The notes under the pieces were generated by a model that worked only from the letters and a program-made list of their open reading frames with translations, searched no databases and was not told where the DNA came from. 64,000 nt of DNA from Myxococcota bacterium. Its GTDB lineage: Bacteria > Myxococcota_A > Bradymonadia > UBA7976 > UBA1532. Below, piece by piece: positions 10,111-20,606 of this stretch. The stretch lies in assembly GCA_036337435.1 (NCBI GenBank), contig JAYZEG010000010.1, positions 1 to 64,000 of the forward strand, given 5' to 3'. Each line of letters starts with the position of its first letter. Position 1 is the stretch's first letter. The translations under genes and the position numbers were made by a program.

Positions 10111-11253
10111 CTAACCTTTTGGATGTTCAATCCGACCGTCGGCATGTCGAGCAAATCGTTTGGGCTCAAGTCCATGAATTGGCCCGTTGGAGGTCCATGG
10201 CCAACCACCAAATTGAGTCCGCTGATAGTCTCTGATGGCCTGGCGGATTTCTTCCCGTGTATTCATTACGAATGGACCGTGTTGAGCCACCGGCTCTCCG
10301 ATAGGGCGACCTTGAAGTAAAAGACAGCGCACTGGCCCCTTGTCCGCTCTCAGGGCCACTGGCTGCGTGGGCTCCAGGACGTATCTGAATCGAGATTGGT
10401 TTGATGTCCCATCGATCATTAAGGACGGACCATCACATACGTATAAGCTTCGCGTGATGCCCTTAATGGATGCAGGCATAAGCCATTCAGATTGGGCATC
10501 AATACGAATATCCCAAATCGCAATTTCACTGTTTTTATCGGCCGCATAGCTGTCAGCTGGTGGTGCAAGTGCAGCCTGCGCGTTCAACCGTCCTGCAATC
10601 ACCTTGATTTGTGTTCCGCGACCCGCATTGGAAGGCACCTGCACCACAGGGATTTGGTTGGCCCAGTACATGTTGAATCGCGGGTCGACCATTTTGCTCA
10701 TCGCGGGTAGATTGAGCCAGATTTGAAACAGGTCTAGGGGGTTTCCAGCCTGTGTGTTAAACAGGGGCATCATTTCTGCATGATTGATACCATGGCCAGC
10801 GGTCAACCACTGGACATCGCCTTGTCCGTATCGGGCTGCGGCACCCAATGAATCCGCATGATCGACGATGCCCTGTTGAACAATCGTTACGGTCTCAAAA
10901 CCACGGTGAGGGTGCCTGGGAAATCCCGGAATACGATCACCGTGATACATGCTCCAACCATCACGATTCGAAAAATCGGACCCGATCGTACGCCCGACCA
11001 ACCCGTCTTTAGGCCCAAGGCGGCCATCTGCCGCAGGAAACTTGTCATTGTGGTGGACACAGAACAAGAACGGGTCGCTGATAGGCCATGGGCCAGTGCT
11101 GGGCAAAGGGTCACGACTGATGATCGTGGGTTTACGCAACATCGTGCCACCTCCGTTTTCACTTGATTTGTTTATCTGGAAACAGCCTGCGGACACAGCG
11201 GCACCACCAGCCGCCAGCGTTTTGACCATGTCGCGACGTGTCACTTTACTCAA
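10111..11253 (-). CDS. Pirin family protein with Tat/lipoprotein-like N-terminal extension (alternative start at 11142)
   Basis: GFPRHPHRGFETVT, HADS, VQWLTAGHGINHAE, FQIWLNLP, GPFVMNT; N-terminus TRRDMVK...SAGC. Confidence 0.9.
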   Translation of the reverse strand: MSKVTRRDMVKTLAAGGAAVSAGCFQINKSSENGGGTMLRKPTIISRDPLPSTGPWPISDPFLFCVHHNDKFPAADGRLGPKDGLVGRTIGSDFSNRDGWSMYHGDRIPGFPRHPHRGFETVTIVQQGIVDHADSLGAAARYGQGDVQWLTAGHGINHAEMMPLFNTQAGNPLDLFQIWLNLPAMSKMVDPRFNMYWANQIPVVQVPSNAGRGTQIKVIAGRLNAQAALAPPADSYAADKNSEIAIWDIRIDAQSEWLMPASIKGITRSLYVCDGPSLMIDGTSNQSRFRYVLEPTQPVALRADKGPVRCLLLQGRPIGEPVAQHGPFVMNTREEIRQAIRDYQRTQFGGWPWTSNGPIHGLEPKRFARHADGRIEHPKG

Positions 11254-11617
11254 GTGCACTCTCCAACCAACCTATTGTCGTTTCAGTTAACCAGTGGACC
11301 CTGACGATACACAGCAAAGTAAAGATGAACAAAGTCTCGTTTCGGTGGCAAGAGAATCAATCCATCCGTACAAGCAAAGCCTTGCCTGGATGCGTGATTA
11401 ATCCAAGAGCCCCCTCCATTCAAACTGGGGTTTGAGACCGAACTACAGACTCGAACTCTTGGTTGTTCGTGGCTCGCTGAACGCTTTGGACCGTTTGGGT
11501 TTACGGCCAAGACGCACTCGTCGCCGAGACAAATCCGCACCGGCTCAACATAGTAATTGTCGCCTGCGATGTAGAATGGGTATCTTTAACGAGTCTTACT
11601 CAGGGGGTCTTGTCACG

Positions 11618-14206
11618 GTGCATTTTGTTTGGAGAATCCTACTCTACGTCTGCCTACTTGTGACCATTGGGGCTTGCTCTACGGAGACCGAACCTAAGCC
11701 CCCACTCGTGCTTGATGTCGTCATTCCGATGAACAGCGAGCCGGGCCTCGAAAAAGCCGCCTCAGACCTGAAACTTGCTGCCCGCTCCATCTCAGGCTCA
11801 GGTCAAAACCAATTACCAACGGCCGTTGTTTACGTGACAATAATCAACGATTCTGAGGCCATCGCTGAGCAAGGTTACAGGCTGGACACCAGCAGTCGTG
11901 GCGTCGAACTCAGTGCCAGCAGTCACATCGGAGCGATGTATGGCCTCTACCAAATTGCCGGTGATCTAGGTGCCCGTTACATCCATCCTGAACAGACCAT
12001 CTATCCATCCAATCCATTGGTCGAGATGCCTGCCTACAGTAGCGGTGAAGCAACGCATCCACACTTCGAGATGAGGGGATTCCACGAGCATACGCAGCAC
12101 CCCACTGTGATGAGTGATTATCTATTGCGGCCGAACGTCGATTCATTTCGTTCGGGGGTATCCCGATATTTTCGCTGGCTCGCGAGAAATCGACAAAACC
12201 AGTTGACGTTCCATATGTTAAATACCGTAGACCTCGAGGCTTGGATTCCATACATGCAGAGCATGACCACAGAAGCACTCGAGTATGGAATTAAAGTGGG
12301 TGTTGTCATCGGATTTGTCGACCAACAGCAGAATGCATTTCGATTGGTTAAACCTCAGGAGGTCGACCCCGAGACAGGTGAGTCGATTGACGCCGAGGTT
12401 CAAATCACCACAAAACTGGACCGATTTGCTTCAACGGGCATCGAGCTTCTTGGCTTCCAAATTGGAACGAGCGAATTCACCAAACCAGATGAACAGGTCA
12501 TGCTCAATTGGCTCAATTTAGCGACTGAACACCTGAGCGTGAATCACCCATTCGTCAAGCCTTTTGCCTGGATTCATACCACCTGTGGGCTGGATCGTGA
12601 TACCGGCGCAGGCGGACCCTATTATCACCTTCCACTGGAGGCCGATGAACGCTTGGGTGCTTTTGTTCACACGACCATGTTCTATGACCTTGAACACCCC
12701 GCGCCCGTCTACGATTGTGAAGACTTCCAACACCAAAGGCATTTTTTTGATGCCGCCAATGGGACTCGCGACTTGGTGTACTTTCCGGAAACAGCGTGGT
12801 GGCTCGGCTTTGACAACAATCTGCCCATGATCACGCCCATCGCTGCAAGGTCGAGGCAATATGACGTCGATACAGTTCTGCCCGCCTACACAACGCTGGG
12901 CCATGTCACATTCACGACAGGCCGAGAATGGACCTATTGGCAATACGATCATTACCTGACCCAACTGACTTGGGACGGAGAAATAAGCTGGGCCAATTAT
13001 TTGGATTGGCTCGGGCCGATCTATCAAGATTCGCCGGTCGATCTCGTACACATCTTCAAAAAGTGGACCGATTTCCAATGGCGAGATTTCTATGAATCGG
13101 AGCCGGAACTCTACTTTTATCTTGCTGGTGAATTACCTCAAGACGAACTGGGCGCCGCTGCGGGTATCATTGCGAGACCAACAAAACCATCATTTAAGTC
13201 CATCGTTGCGTTGTCTGACGAGGCCTTCGATGAGTGGCAAACCGGCCCATTCCAGAGCCTGGTCGATATGGAAAGAGACTATGGGCTTCTCTTGAATGAG
13301 CTGCCCGAGCAAATGCCCGACAAAATCAGCGCCGAGGCGATGATTGCCCTCCGGGTCTCCCATCTGCGAATCGCCCACACTCTGGCACTCTATAGGGGCA
13401 CCTCAGCCGTGCGGTCAGGAGACAAAAACACGGCTGAAGCAGAGTTGAATACAGCACGTGAGATCACAGAGCGGGTCAAATCACACGTGCAGTCAATGGA
13501 ATCACTCTATCGATATCCCATTGAATTATTGGCGACGGACAAGCCAGAGAGCTTGACTACTTATCCGTTCGGTTACCTTGCTGAAACCCGAACAGCGTTC
13601 TTCTGGACGCGACGAGATGACCAATTGAGCGCATTGATCGAATCTACGTTTAATCCGCCCGAGGAGGCTTGGACAGAATCTCTGGCACATCAGTACCGGG
13701 GCGAAAGTTCCGAATTGCAGATTCTGATACCGGACAGTCCACTCTTGGCCACGCTGCTGGGCGGGTTTGTACCAAACCTGTTGCTGGCCGTTGCATCGGG
13801 TGACGTTGAACGCGCAATCTTGGCGCAAGATCGAAATGCAAACGACCAACCCGATGTCGGTACACAACAGGAATTGATGCTCACAAAGGACGCTGAGTCC
13901 TGGCGGGCGAGTAGTCAACAATACAGAGTGGACGTCGTGGATGATGGGGGTGCACTGGTTGGAAATTTTGAATTCATCAGACCTGAATTTCAATTTTTTG
14001 GCTCAGACGTGGGCCAGTTCGACTCCTTTGACTTAACGGCTACGGTCTCATCAGCCAATATTCAGTCGATCGTAAGCCCTTTTGGAATCGAACCAGACGC
14101 TCTCGGTGAAATTTTAAAAACCATCTGGGGTCTCGATGCATCGGAACCCCTCCCCCAGTTCCTTCCCCTGAGGCTCAGCGTCCCACTCGAAGCCTTCGAA
14201 CAGTAA
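11618..14206 (+). CDS. Large hypothetical lipoprotein with an N-terminal GH20 domain-2-like module
   Basis: GTG after AGGGGG; lipobox IGAC; EQGYRL...GAMYGLYQ...PHFEMRGFH pattern typical of the hexosaminidase-type accessory domain. Confidence 0.7.
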   Translation: MHFVWRILLYVCLLVTIGACSTETEPKPPLVLDVVIPMNSEPGLEKAASDLKLAARSISGSGQNQLPTAVVYVTIINDSEAIAEQGYRLDTSSRGVELSASSHIGAMYGLYQIAGDLGARYIHPEQTIYPSNPLVEMPAYSSGEATHPHFEMRGFHEHTQHPTVMSDYLLRPNVDSFRSGVSRYFRWLARNRQNQLTFHMLNTVDLEAWIPYMQSMTTEALEYGIKVGVVIGFVDQQQNAFRLVKPQEVDPETGESIDAEVQITTKLDRFASTGIELLGFQIGTSEFTKPDEQVMLNWLNLATEHLSVNHPFVKPFAWIHTTCGLDRDTGAGGPYYHLPLEADERLGAFVHTTMFYDLEHPAPVYDCEDFQHQRHFFDAANGTRDLVYFPETAWWLGFDNNLPMITPIAARSRQYDVDTVLPAYTTLGHVTFTTGREWTYWQYDHYLTQLTWDGEISWANYLDWLGPIYQDSPVDLVHIFKKWTDFQWRDFYESEPELYFYLAGELPQDELGAAAGIIARPTKPSFKSIVALSDEAFDEWQTGPFQSLVDMERDYGLLLNELPEQMPDKISAEAMIALRVSHLRIAHTLALYRGTSAVRSGDKNTAEAELNTAREITERVKSHVQSMESLYRYPIELLATDKPESLTTYPFGYLAETRTAFFWTRRDDQLSALIESTFNPPEEAWTESLAHQYRGESSELQILIPDSPLLATLLGGFVPNLLLAVASGDVERAILAQDRNANDQPDVGTQQELMLTKDAESWRASSQQYRVDVVDDGGALVGNFEFIRPEFQFFGSDVGQFDSFDLTATVSSANIQSIVSPFGIEPDALGEILKTIWGLDASEPLPQFLPLRLSVPLEAFEQ

Positions 14207-14214
14207 GCTGCCAA

Positions 14215-16395
14215 TTAATGCCTTTTGATGATTTGGACTGCACCGCTCTGAGCTGAGACCAAGTCTCCGGATTGTGCGAGTCGTATTCGCAATGCAGCGT
14301 AGACATCGCATCCCGTCCGGCAAAAGATTGCCGGCTGTCCGATGGGGGCGGATACAGAGACCCATTCGCCGGTCACCGTTGCAATGGATTTTTCACTCCA
14401 CAAGTGAGTCCAGTCACCATTGGGTAGATACGCATCAACGCGATCGGTTTTCGGATCAAGCACCGGCGCGAACAAAATGTCGTCCCCCAACATGAACTGG
14501 AGATCTAGGTCCAAACAGGTCTTGTCATCGGGAAAAGCCAACCACATGTGGCGAATCACCGGATGACCCTGGTCGGCAGCTTGCTCAAAGTACACCTGGC
14601 GGTAATCCGCCAACGCTGCGTACAGTCGAGCAAATCGCGCAAAGTGCTCTAGCGTCTCATGGTCGCTATCAATTTGGTGGTGCCGACTCGGCTGATTGCC
14701 CTCATGAGTTCGAAACACAGGCGTCATGGCATTCAACTCGATCCAGCGCATGAGGAGCTCGCGTTGGCGAACGTATCCAATGCCAGGGATTTGAAAGGGC
14801 AAAGACGGCACGGTTGTCGCAGTATACCCACCGATATCGCTGTGATTGATGCTCATGCCACTCATACCTGAAGACAGCATGGCAATCAGAGTGCTTTTGA
14901 TCCCATCCTCAACCCGCCAGCTGGTCAACTGATCACCCATCCAAAAAAGGGTGCAGTACTTGGGAGACCGTGTAAATCCAGAGCGCATAAAGAAGACAAT
15001 CTCATTTCCGAGCCCAGCCTCCTCGATGGCCTCTCGGTTTAGTTTTGCCCATATCTCGGGATATTCGTTGTGGTATGACTCAGCATTGATGCCGTCGTGT
15101 AAAACCGCATCGAATGGGAGTGCTTCTCCGAAATCAGCCATCCAACCCGATGACCCAACCGTTAAAAGTTCGTCTTTGATAACCGATTTGAGCCATTCAT
15201 ACGCATCCGGATTGGCGAGGTCGACCATCGCTGCTGAAAAAGACGTATTCAGGATCATGTAGGGACTGCCATCATCGCGCTTGATCAGGTAGCCAAGCTC
15301 GTTCGCCTCCTGAAACAGGTTTCTCTTGAAGCTCCCTTTTTCAGCCGGATCGACGAGGAAGGGATTAATGTATGTCATCAATCGCACATCGTCTTTGCTT
15401 AAATCGGTTCGCAAGTCGTCCCAATTGGGATACCGGTCCTCGTCCAATTCCCAATTCCACCAAAGTTGCCAGCCAACCGATGTCTTTCGAGCACCCACCC
15501 AATCCTGTAACCAAAACGCAGATACAGGAGCGGCGACAGCTTGAAGCTTGCGGTGGAGCTCACGGACAGCCTCGGTTCCTCCTTGCATGCCGATCACAGC
15601 CCCTTGGCCAATCCATGGTGGGAGAGCCCGCATTCGACCTGAATAACGACTGTACGCACTCACCAAACCCATGGGGCTGTCACCAAAGAAGATTCGACCG
15701 CACAATGTAGATGCAAAAACATGAACGCAAACACGGTCGGTCACTGAGAAATCAAAAACGCTATATTCTTTATTTTCCAAACAGAAAGATTGCAATCCAC
15801 TGGTCAAAAACCAGGGCATAGGTGCATTTGAATTGTGCCACTCGCCGCCGGCTTTAAAGGCTGTGTTCATGACCCACGTCAAGGGCTGTACGCCACGACC
15901 AATACCTGGTTCCTGGCTGAGTACAGGGATAACTCGTCCCGCCATGTTGAGGTGAGTGAATTGCTCACCGAAACCGTAGATATGGGATGCGTCTGAGAGC
16001 CGGCTGCGAAGCGTTAATCGATTGAGAGTGGGATCTGAGGTCGACAAATCGAAGCGGACTTGGCAATCATCGACGACTTCAAACGTCAGCAGCCAACGCT
16101 GTTTATTGGTCAGTCGACCAACGATAAAAAGACGATCTTCTTGGAGCGTAATCTCGTCTACCGAAGTCAGTTGAGCCCGGCCGACTTGCTTGTCTTTGAC
16201 ATCAAAAAAACCACGGGATTCCGTAACATCGGACACACCAATTGCGGCACTGACCGCATCTGAATCAAAGTCAATGGACCATAATATAAAGTCTGGCCGA
16301 TCACGCCGATGAAGCGCTAAGCGCAGGTCGACGCAGGTGAATTCGAAATCACCAACCGCCCAAGAGCCATTTGTGCTTGCATTAATCGAATTCAA
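14215..16395 (-). CDS. GH31 alpha-glucosidase, sulfoquinovosidase (YihQ)-like
   Basis: YGFGEQF, GMQGG, WLQDWVG...WWNW, YINPFL, GWMADFGE (nucleophile), WMGDQ, HSDIGGY, RTHEGN. Confidence 0.9.
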   Translation of the reverse strand: MNSINASTNGSWAVGDFEFTCVDLRLALHRRDRPDFILWSIDFDSDAVSAAIGVSDVTESRGFFDVKDKQVGRAQLTSVDEITLQEDRLFIVGRLTNKQRWLLTFEVVDDCQVRFDLSTSDPTLNRLTLRSRLSDASHIYGFGEQFTHLNMAGRVIPVLSQEPGIGRGVQPLTWVMNTAFKAGGEWHNSNAPMPWFLTSGLQSFCLENKEYSVFDFSVTDRVCVHVFASTLCGRIFFGDSPMGLVSAYSRYSGRMRALPPWIGQGAVIGMQGGTEAVRELHRKLQAVAAPVSAFWLQDWVGARKTSVGWQLWWNWELDEDRYPNWDDLRTDLSKDDVRLMTYINPFLVDPAEKGSFKRNLFQEANELGYLIKRDDGSPYMILNTSFSAAMVDLANPDAYEWLKSVIKDELLTVGSSGWMADFGEALPFDAVLHDGINAESYHNEYPEIWAKLNREAIEEAGLGNEIVFFMRSGFTRSPKYCTLFWMGDQLTSWRVEDGIKSTLIAMLSSGMSGMSINHSDIGGYTATTVPSLPFQIPGIGYVRQRELLMRWIELNAMTPVFRTHEGNQPSRHHQIDSDHETLEHFARFARLYAALADYRQVYFEQAADQGHPVIRHMWLAFPDDKTCLDLDLQFMLGDDILFAPVLDPKTDRVDAYLPNGDWTHLWSEKSIATVTGEWVSVSAPIGQPAIFCRTGCDVYAALRIRLAQSGDLVSAQSGAVQIIKRH

Positions 16396-16477
16396 TGGAA
16401 TGCATACTCCTGTCGGACCGTTATAATGGCCACGTCCTGTTGGACAAGTTGGTGGTCGCTGCCGGCGGCCAGAGTGT

Positions 16478-16506
16478 ATCTTATTCCTTGATTTTTTGTC
16501 CGTAAA
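16478..16506 (-). promoter_or_regulatory. Sigma70-type promoter for the GH31 gene
   Basis: Minus strand TTTACG-17 nt-TAAGAT. Confidence 0.5.
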
Positions 16507-16509
16507 GAT

Positions 16510-16531
16510 ATATCTACCAAATGGTAGATAT
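16510..16531. promoter_or_regulatory. Perfect palindromic operator (copy 2)
   Basis: ATATCTACCA-AA-TGGTAGATAT, a 10-bp perfect inverted repeat in the divergent GH31/AKR promoter region. Confidence 0.75.
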
Positions 16532-16595
16532 TGAAGGACACTTGTCGTTCATACTGAAGATCTCTTAGCATATTGTAGAAACGGGGGAGCCTTTC

Positions 16596-17528
16596 ATGAG
16601 CACACTTACAATTACGGCCGAACACCGACGACTGGGTCGCTCAGACCTGAGCAGTTTTCCACTCGCCTATGGGTGCTGGCGCTTTGCAGGCACAGACGTA
16701 AAGACAGCTCGAGAAAAGGTCGAGTTTGCTTTGGAAATGGGCATCAATTTATTTGACCACGCAGACGTTTACGGTTGCGATGGCGGTGGAGAGTTTGGCG
16801 ATGCGGAAACTCTGTTCGGTGCCGTTTTAAAAGACGCGCCTCACCTAAGAGATAAGATGCTGATCGCGTCCAAGGGCGGCATCGTTCTCGGTGTCCCATA
16901 CGATTCGAGTCCAAGCTACCTACGGCGGGCCGTGGATGCCTCTCTACAACGTTTGCAGATTGAGTCCATTGATTTGTATCAAATCCATAGGCCCGACTTT
17001 TTGGGCCATCCTGAAGCCGTCGCTACGGTGCTGACCGAGCTTCGTGACCAAGGCAAAATTAAAGAGGTGGGCGTCTCAAATTACACCCCATCTCAATTCA
17101 GGGCCCTTCAAGCATGGCTGCCCTTCCCAATCGCGACGCGACAACCGGAATTCTCATGTTGGAATCACGATGCAATTCGAAATGGAATTTTGGACCAATG
17201 CATGGAAACCAAAGTCACTCCGATGGCGTGGAGCCCGATGGCTGGTGGACGGATTGGACTCGATGCGGCGGCGGCGCGCGCAGACGCTGGTGGTGAGCGA
17301 CTCGCTCAAATGCTGGAGACTCTAGATGCCATTGCCGGTGAACAAAATGTCAGCCGTTCCGCAGTTGCGTTGGCTTGGATTCTTGCTCATCCAGCAGGCG
17401 TCATTCCGATTATCGGCACCCAGCGACTGGAACGGATCAGAGAATCCATAGATGCTGTGAAAGTCCAACTGACGCGGACACAGTGGAATGACATTTTGGT
17501 CGCCGCCCAAGGGGAACCATTACCCTGA
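16596..17528 (+). CDS. Aldo/keto reductase (YdhF-like)
   Basis: GCWR, FDHADVYG, SKGGI, IDLYQIHRPD, VGVSN, PIIGT. Confidence 0.92.
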   Translation: MSTLTITAEHRRLGRSDLSSFPLAYGCWRFAGTDVKTAREKVEFALEMGINLFDHADVYGCDGGGEFGDAETLFGAVLKDAPHLRDKMLIASKGGIVLGVPYDSSPSYLRRAVDASLQRLQIESIDLYQIHRPDFLGHPEAVATVLTELRDQGKIKEVGVSNYTPSQFRALQAWLPFPIATRQPEFSCWNHDAIRNGILDQCMETKVTPMAWSPMAGGRIGLDAAAARADAGGERLAQMLETLDAIAGEQNVSRSAVALAWILAHPAGVIPIIGTQRLERIRESIDAVKVQLTRTQWNDILVAAQGEPLP

Positions 17529-17568
17529 CCGCAGAATTCACGAACCCGGCTATCTAGGAGGAGATAAC

Positions 17569-18561
17569 ATGCGGACATTAACGGCACGTGCAGCGACAAG
17601 ACCCAGTAGGAGAGCTTGGGCCGTAGGTGTGCTCTTTTTTTTGTTCGGCACTTTAGCGAATACAAGCGTAGCACAAGTTCTTAAGCCAAGACCCATCAAC
17701 GCCGAGGCATACGGAGAGAGCTATACGGCCATTGCCCACATGACCGATGGGACATATCTGCTCATCCAATATGTGTTTACGAACGCGGGTTGGGGGGATC
17801 GGAAAGCTGCATGCCGAATATTGCACGTTCCCAACGGGTCGAAAGGAACAAATGAGGCTGCGCGTTTCGATAAAGATAAGTGGTCGTACTCAGCGAACGG
17901 AAACCAGCTAAACGTCGGCTCATGCTTCCTCACGAGTTCTGCTGGCGAGACAACATTCCACGCAAAAACTGAGTCCATGTCGGCGACACTAAAACTGAGT
18001 GCTCCGAGCGTTGCAACTCGTGCTCCTGGACACAAGATCACTGTGGATGATGACGAATTCTACCAATCTGAAATTTTGATACCATGGACGGCTGCGAGGG
18101 CAGAGATTACAACGTCTGCCGGCAAAAGGTCGGTGTCGGGCCACGGTTACCTGGATCACAGCCGTTCAAACACAAGACTCCCCAAAGTCGCACAGCAGTG
18201 GGTTCGCTTTCGTGGTTTCGTCGGAGCTGATCAAGTCCTGATCGAATACAAGAAAGATGCTGATGGAAAACCTACAGGCTGGATCTGGAAAAAAAGTGTA
18301 GGTAAACCCAAAGCGGTGCCTCAGAGCGCGTATGACGTAAAAAAATTCGGGTCTGGACTCAAACTGGCCACGGCTGTCGGGACTATCAAAACGCAGAAAA
18401 CCTTGTATGCGTACCGCCCCGCCAAGGAGTGGGGCTTGCTCGGAAAAATGGCCAAGCCATGGGTCGGAGACCCGATTACGACAACCTATGCCGCGACCTT
18501 GGTCAATCAGGATGGAACATCAATCTCTGGTATACTTGAATACGTCAAGATTACAGATTGA
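17569..18561 (+). CDS. Secreted hypothetical protein, possibly AttH/lipocalin-like fold
   Basis: AGGAGG RBS; signal peptide; beta-rich with a GHGYLDHS motif; co-transcribed with the AKR and Omp85 genes. Confidence 0.7.
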   Translation: MRTLTARAATRPSRRAWAVGVLFFLFGTLANTSVAQVLKPRPINAEAYGESYTAIAHMTDGTYLLIQYVFTNAGWGDRKAACRILHVPNGSKGTNEAARFDKDKWSYSANGNQLNVGSCFLTSSAGETTFHAKTESMSATLKLSAPSVATRAPGHKITVDDDEFYQSEILIPWTAARAEITTSAGKRSVSGHGYLDHSRSNTRLPKVAQQWVRFRGFVGADQVLIEYKKDADGKPTGWIWKKSVGKPKAVPQSAYDVKKFGSGLKLATAVGTIKTQKTLYAYRPAKEWGLLGKMAKPWVGDPITTTYAATLVNQDGTSISGILEYVKITD

Positions 18562-19814
18562 TGACCTACGCCGGCGCCACCAAACAGCGTAAAAGATTAA
18601 TCGGACTACTGGGGAGCATGGCTTTCATAGCCATAATTTTTGCGTCGGCGAATGCGAAACGCCCCGGTCAGAAATTAAAACCAACCCCCGATTGGGACCT
18701 TGTGGGTGTGCCACTTCTGAGTTTCACCTCGGATCGTGGAACGGGCTACGGGGCTTACGCTGCGGCATTTCTTCGCGGTGAAATTAACCCAGGCCAAAAA
18801 GCACCATATAACCTGTCGATTGGGGGCCAATTTTATCAGACCACCGGCGGATATGCTTTTCACAAATTACTATTTGATATTCCTAATGTGGCCGATAGCG
18901 GCATCCGGATCGATCTGGATTCGGGCTACGAGACCTGGGATAGCGCTTGGTATTTTGGCTTAGGAAACCGACTGCCGAGACTCAGGCCTGAGAACACACC
19001 GGACAAATACTATACCTTTAATGCTGAAAGTCTCTGGGTTGTGCCGAATGTGCGGATCCCCATTAATCAAAAACTGTGGATGTTTTCTGGGATTGTATTT
19101 CGAAAGACACACATCGATGCCTATCCAGATACGAAGCTCGCAGCAGATGGCCCCATGGGCCTCGAGGGTGGTTACCTCAATCAACTGCAGCTGGGCTTGA
19201 TGTTCGACACCCGAAACCGAGAGCCGGATACACAAAGCGGTCTATTTTCCGAAATCTCAGTTCGATTCGCCCACCGATTGACCGGGTCCGATTATTCGAT
19301 GTGGGGAGCGAATACAACCCACCGACACTGGTACGCCTTGACTCAGGATAAATCGCTGATATTGGCTCTAAGATTGGGGTTTGACATCCAAGGCGGCTCA
19401 CTGCCCTTCTTTCATCAGCATATTCTGGGTGGCAGCCAACGGGTTGAAGTTGGTGGCAATGTTGCCTTGCGGGGGTTTCCCAACGGGCGCTTCCGAGGGA
19501 ACGCAACCCTTTACAATAACACTGAACTTCGATGGACGTTTTTCTCTCTGACGCGCGGACGATCTACCTATGCCTTCTTACTGGTTCCATTTGCGGATTT
19601 AGGACGGGTATGGCTCGACGGCGAAAAAGACGATCTGTCCCACGTTCACGGCAGCATCGGCAGCGGACTTCGATTCGTTTACAATTCAGTTTTCGTGGTT
19701 CGCTTCGATGTGGCCAGTGCACTCGAAGAATTTAGCGAGCCAGAGAGGCCCGACCAAATCGAGGAGCGGGGGCTCGTCATGGGCGTATACGCGATCGTCA
19801 ATCACCCGTTTTAA
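18558..19814 (+). CDS. Omp85/BamA-TamA family outer membrane protein without evident POTRA domains
   Basis: FDTRN, LRGFPNGRFRG, ELRW, FADLGRVW, GSGLRF, terminal HPF. Confidence 0.85.
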   Translation: MMTYAGATKQRKRLIGLLGSMAFIAIIFASANAKRPGQKLKPTPDWDLVGVPLLSFTSDRGTGYGAYAAAFLRGEINPGQKAPYNLSIGGQFYQTTGGYAFHKLLFDIPNVADSGIRIDLDSGYETWDSAWYFGLGNRLPRLRPENTPDKYYTFNAESLWVVPNVRIPINQKLWMFSGIVFRKTHIDAYPDTKLAADGPMGLEGGYLNQLQLGLMFDTRNREPDTQSGLFSEISVRFAHRLTGSDYSMWGANTTHRHWYALTQDKSLILALRLGFDIQGGSLPFFHQHILGGSQRVEVGGNVALRGFPNGRFRGNATLYNNTELRWTFFSLTRGRSTYAFLLVPFADLGRVWLDGEKDDLSHVHGSIGSGLRFVYNSVFVVRFDVASALEEFSEPERPDQIEERGLVMGVYAIVNHPF

Positions 19815-19823
19815 AAGGGTGGG

Positions 19824-20606
19824 TTAAAAAGAATACCGCAAAGCCGATCCGAGACGGAGCTGATCGGCGACATCGTTTTGGCCACCCTGTAAGTCTTTTT
19901 CGTCGAGACAAGGACCCGCACCACCATACTTTGCGCAGCGTATTCCTCCGCTGTGCATCAGCAGGTCGGCGTTTAAATCCAGAGTGAAGCCGTCGGGGAA
20001 ACCAAAGGGTTTCAAGTCGACTCCAACACCAGCCGTGACCTTCATCGCCTGCCAAAACGTTGTCCAAGACGCCTCGGACCGAGAGCTGTCTTCAGTGACC
20101 CACTGTTGGCCATATCCCATGCCGAAACCTAAGAAAATATCTATGGCCTTCAATGGGTAATAGGCTTTGATTACAGGCATCAGATGCATGCTTAAACTCG
20201 CTACATCGAAGTCATCGTCTTCGGCGACTAAGTAGCGGCCATAATCAAAATCAAGCGCGATACCGAGATACCAGAAGCGGTATTCCATCCCCGTGCTGAT
20301 GAAAGTACCAGGATAGGTGTTGCTACAGTCTGCTGCTCCGTCAGGTACGCAAGTCATAAAGCCCAGACCGCCATACAGCTGGAAACCCTTGCGGTGGGCT
20401 GCCAAATCTATGTCTCCAGCAGGCTCTTTTACTCCAGATGACGTCGTCTCAGTGGAAGGTCTCCCATCTTTGTCTGGGTCAGTTGATGGGTCGACTTCAG
20501 TTTGAGCAATCCCATCGTGTTCCGCCTGTTGAGATGGATTCGCCCAACTCGTCGAAAGACCGATACCCGCAACCAAAAACCATACTTTGCAAACCGGCAG
20601 CCTCAT
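19824..20606 (-). CDS. Outer membrane beta-barrel protein
   Basis: Signal peptide, alternating aromatic/Gly strands, C-terminal LRYSF. Confidence 0.7.
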   Translation of the reverse strand: MRLPVCKVWFLVAGIGLSTSWANPSQQAEHDGIAQTEVDPSTDPDKDGRPSTETTSSGVKEPAGDIDLAAHRKGFQLYGGLGFMTCVPDGAADCSNTYPGTFISTGMEYRFWYLGIALDFDYGRYLVAEDDDFDVASLSMHLMPVIKAYYPLKAIDIFLGFGMGYGQQWVTEDSSRSEASWTTFWQAMKVTAGVGVDLKPFGFPDGFTLDLNADLLMHSGGIRCAKYGGAGPCLDEKDLQGGQNDVADQLRLGSALRYSF

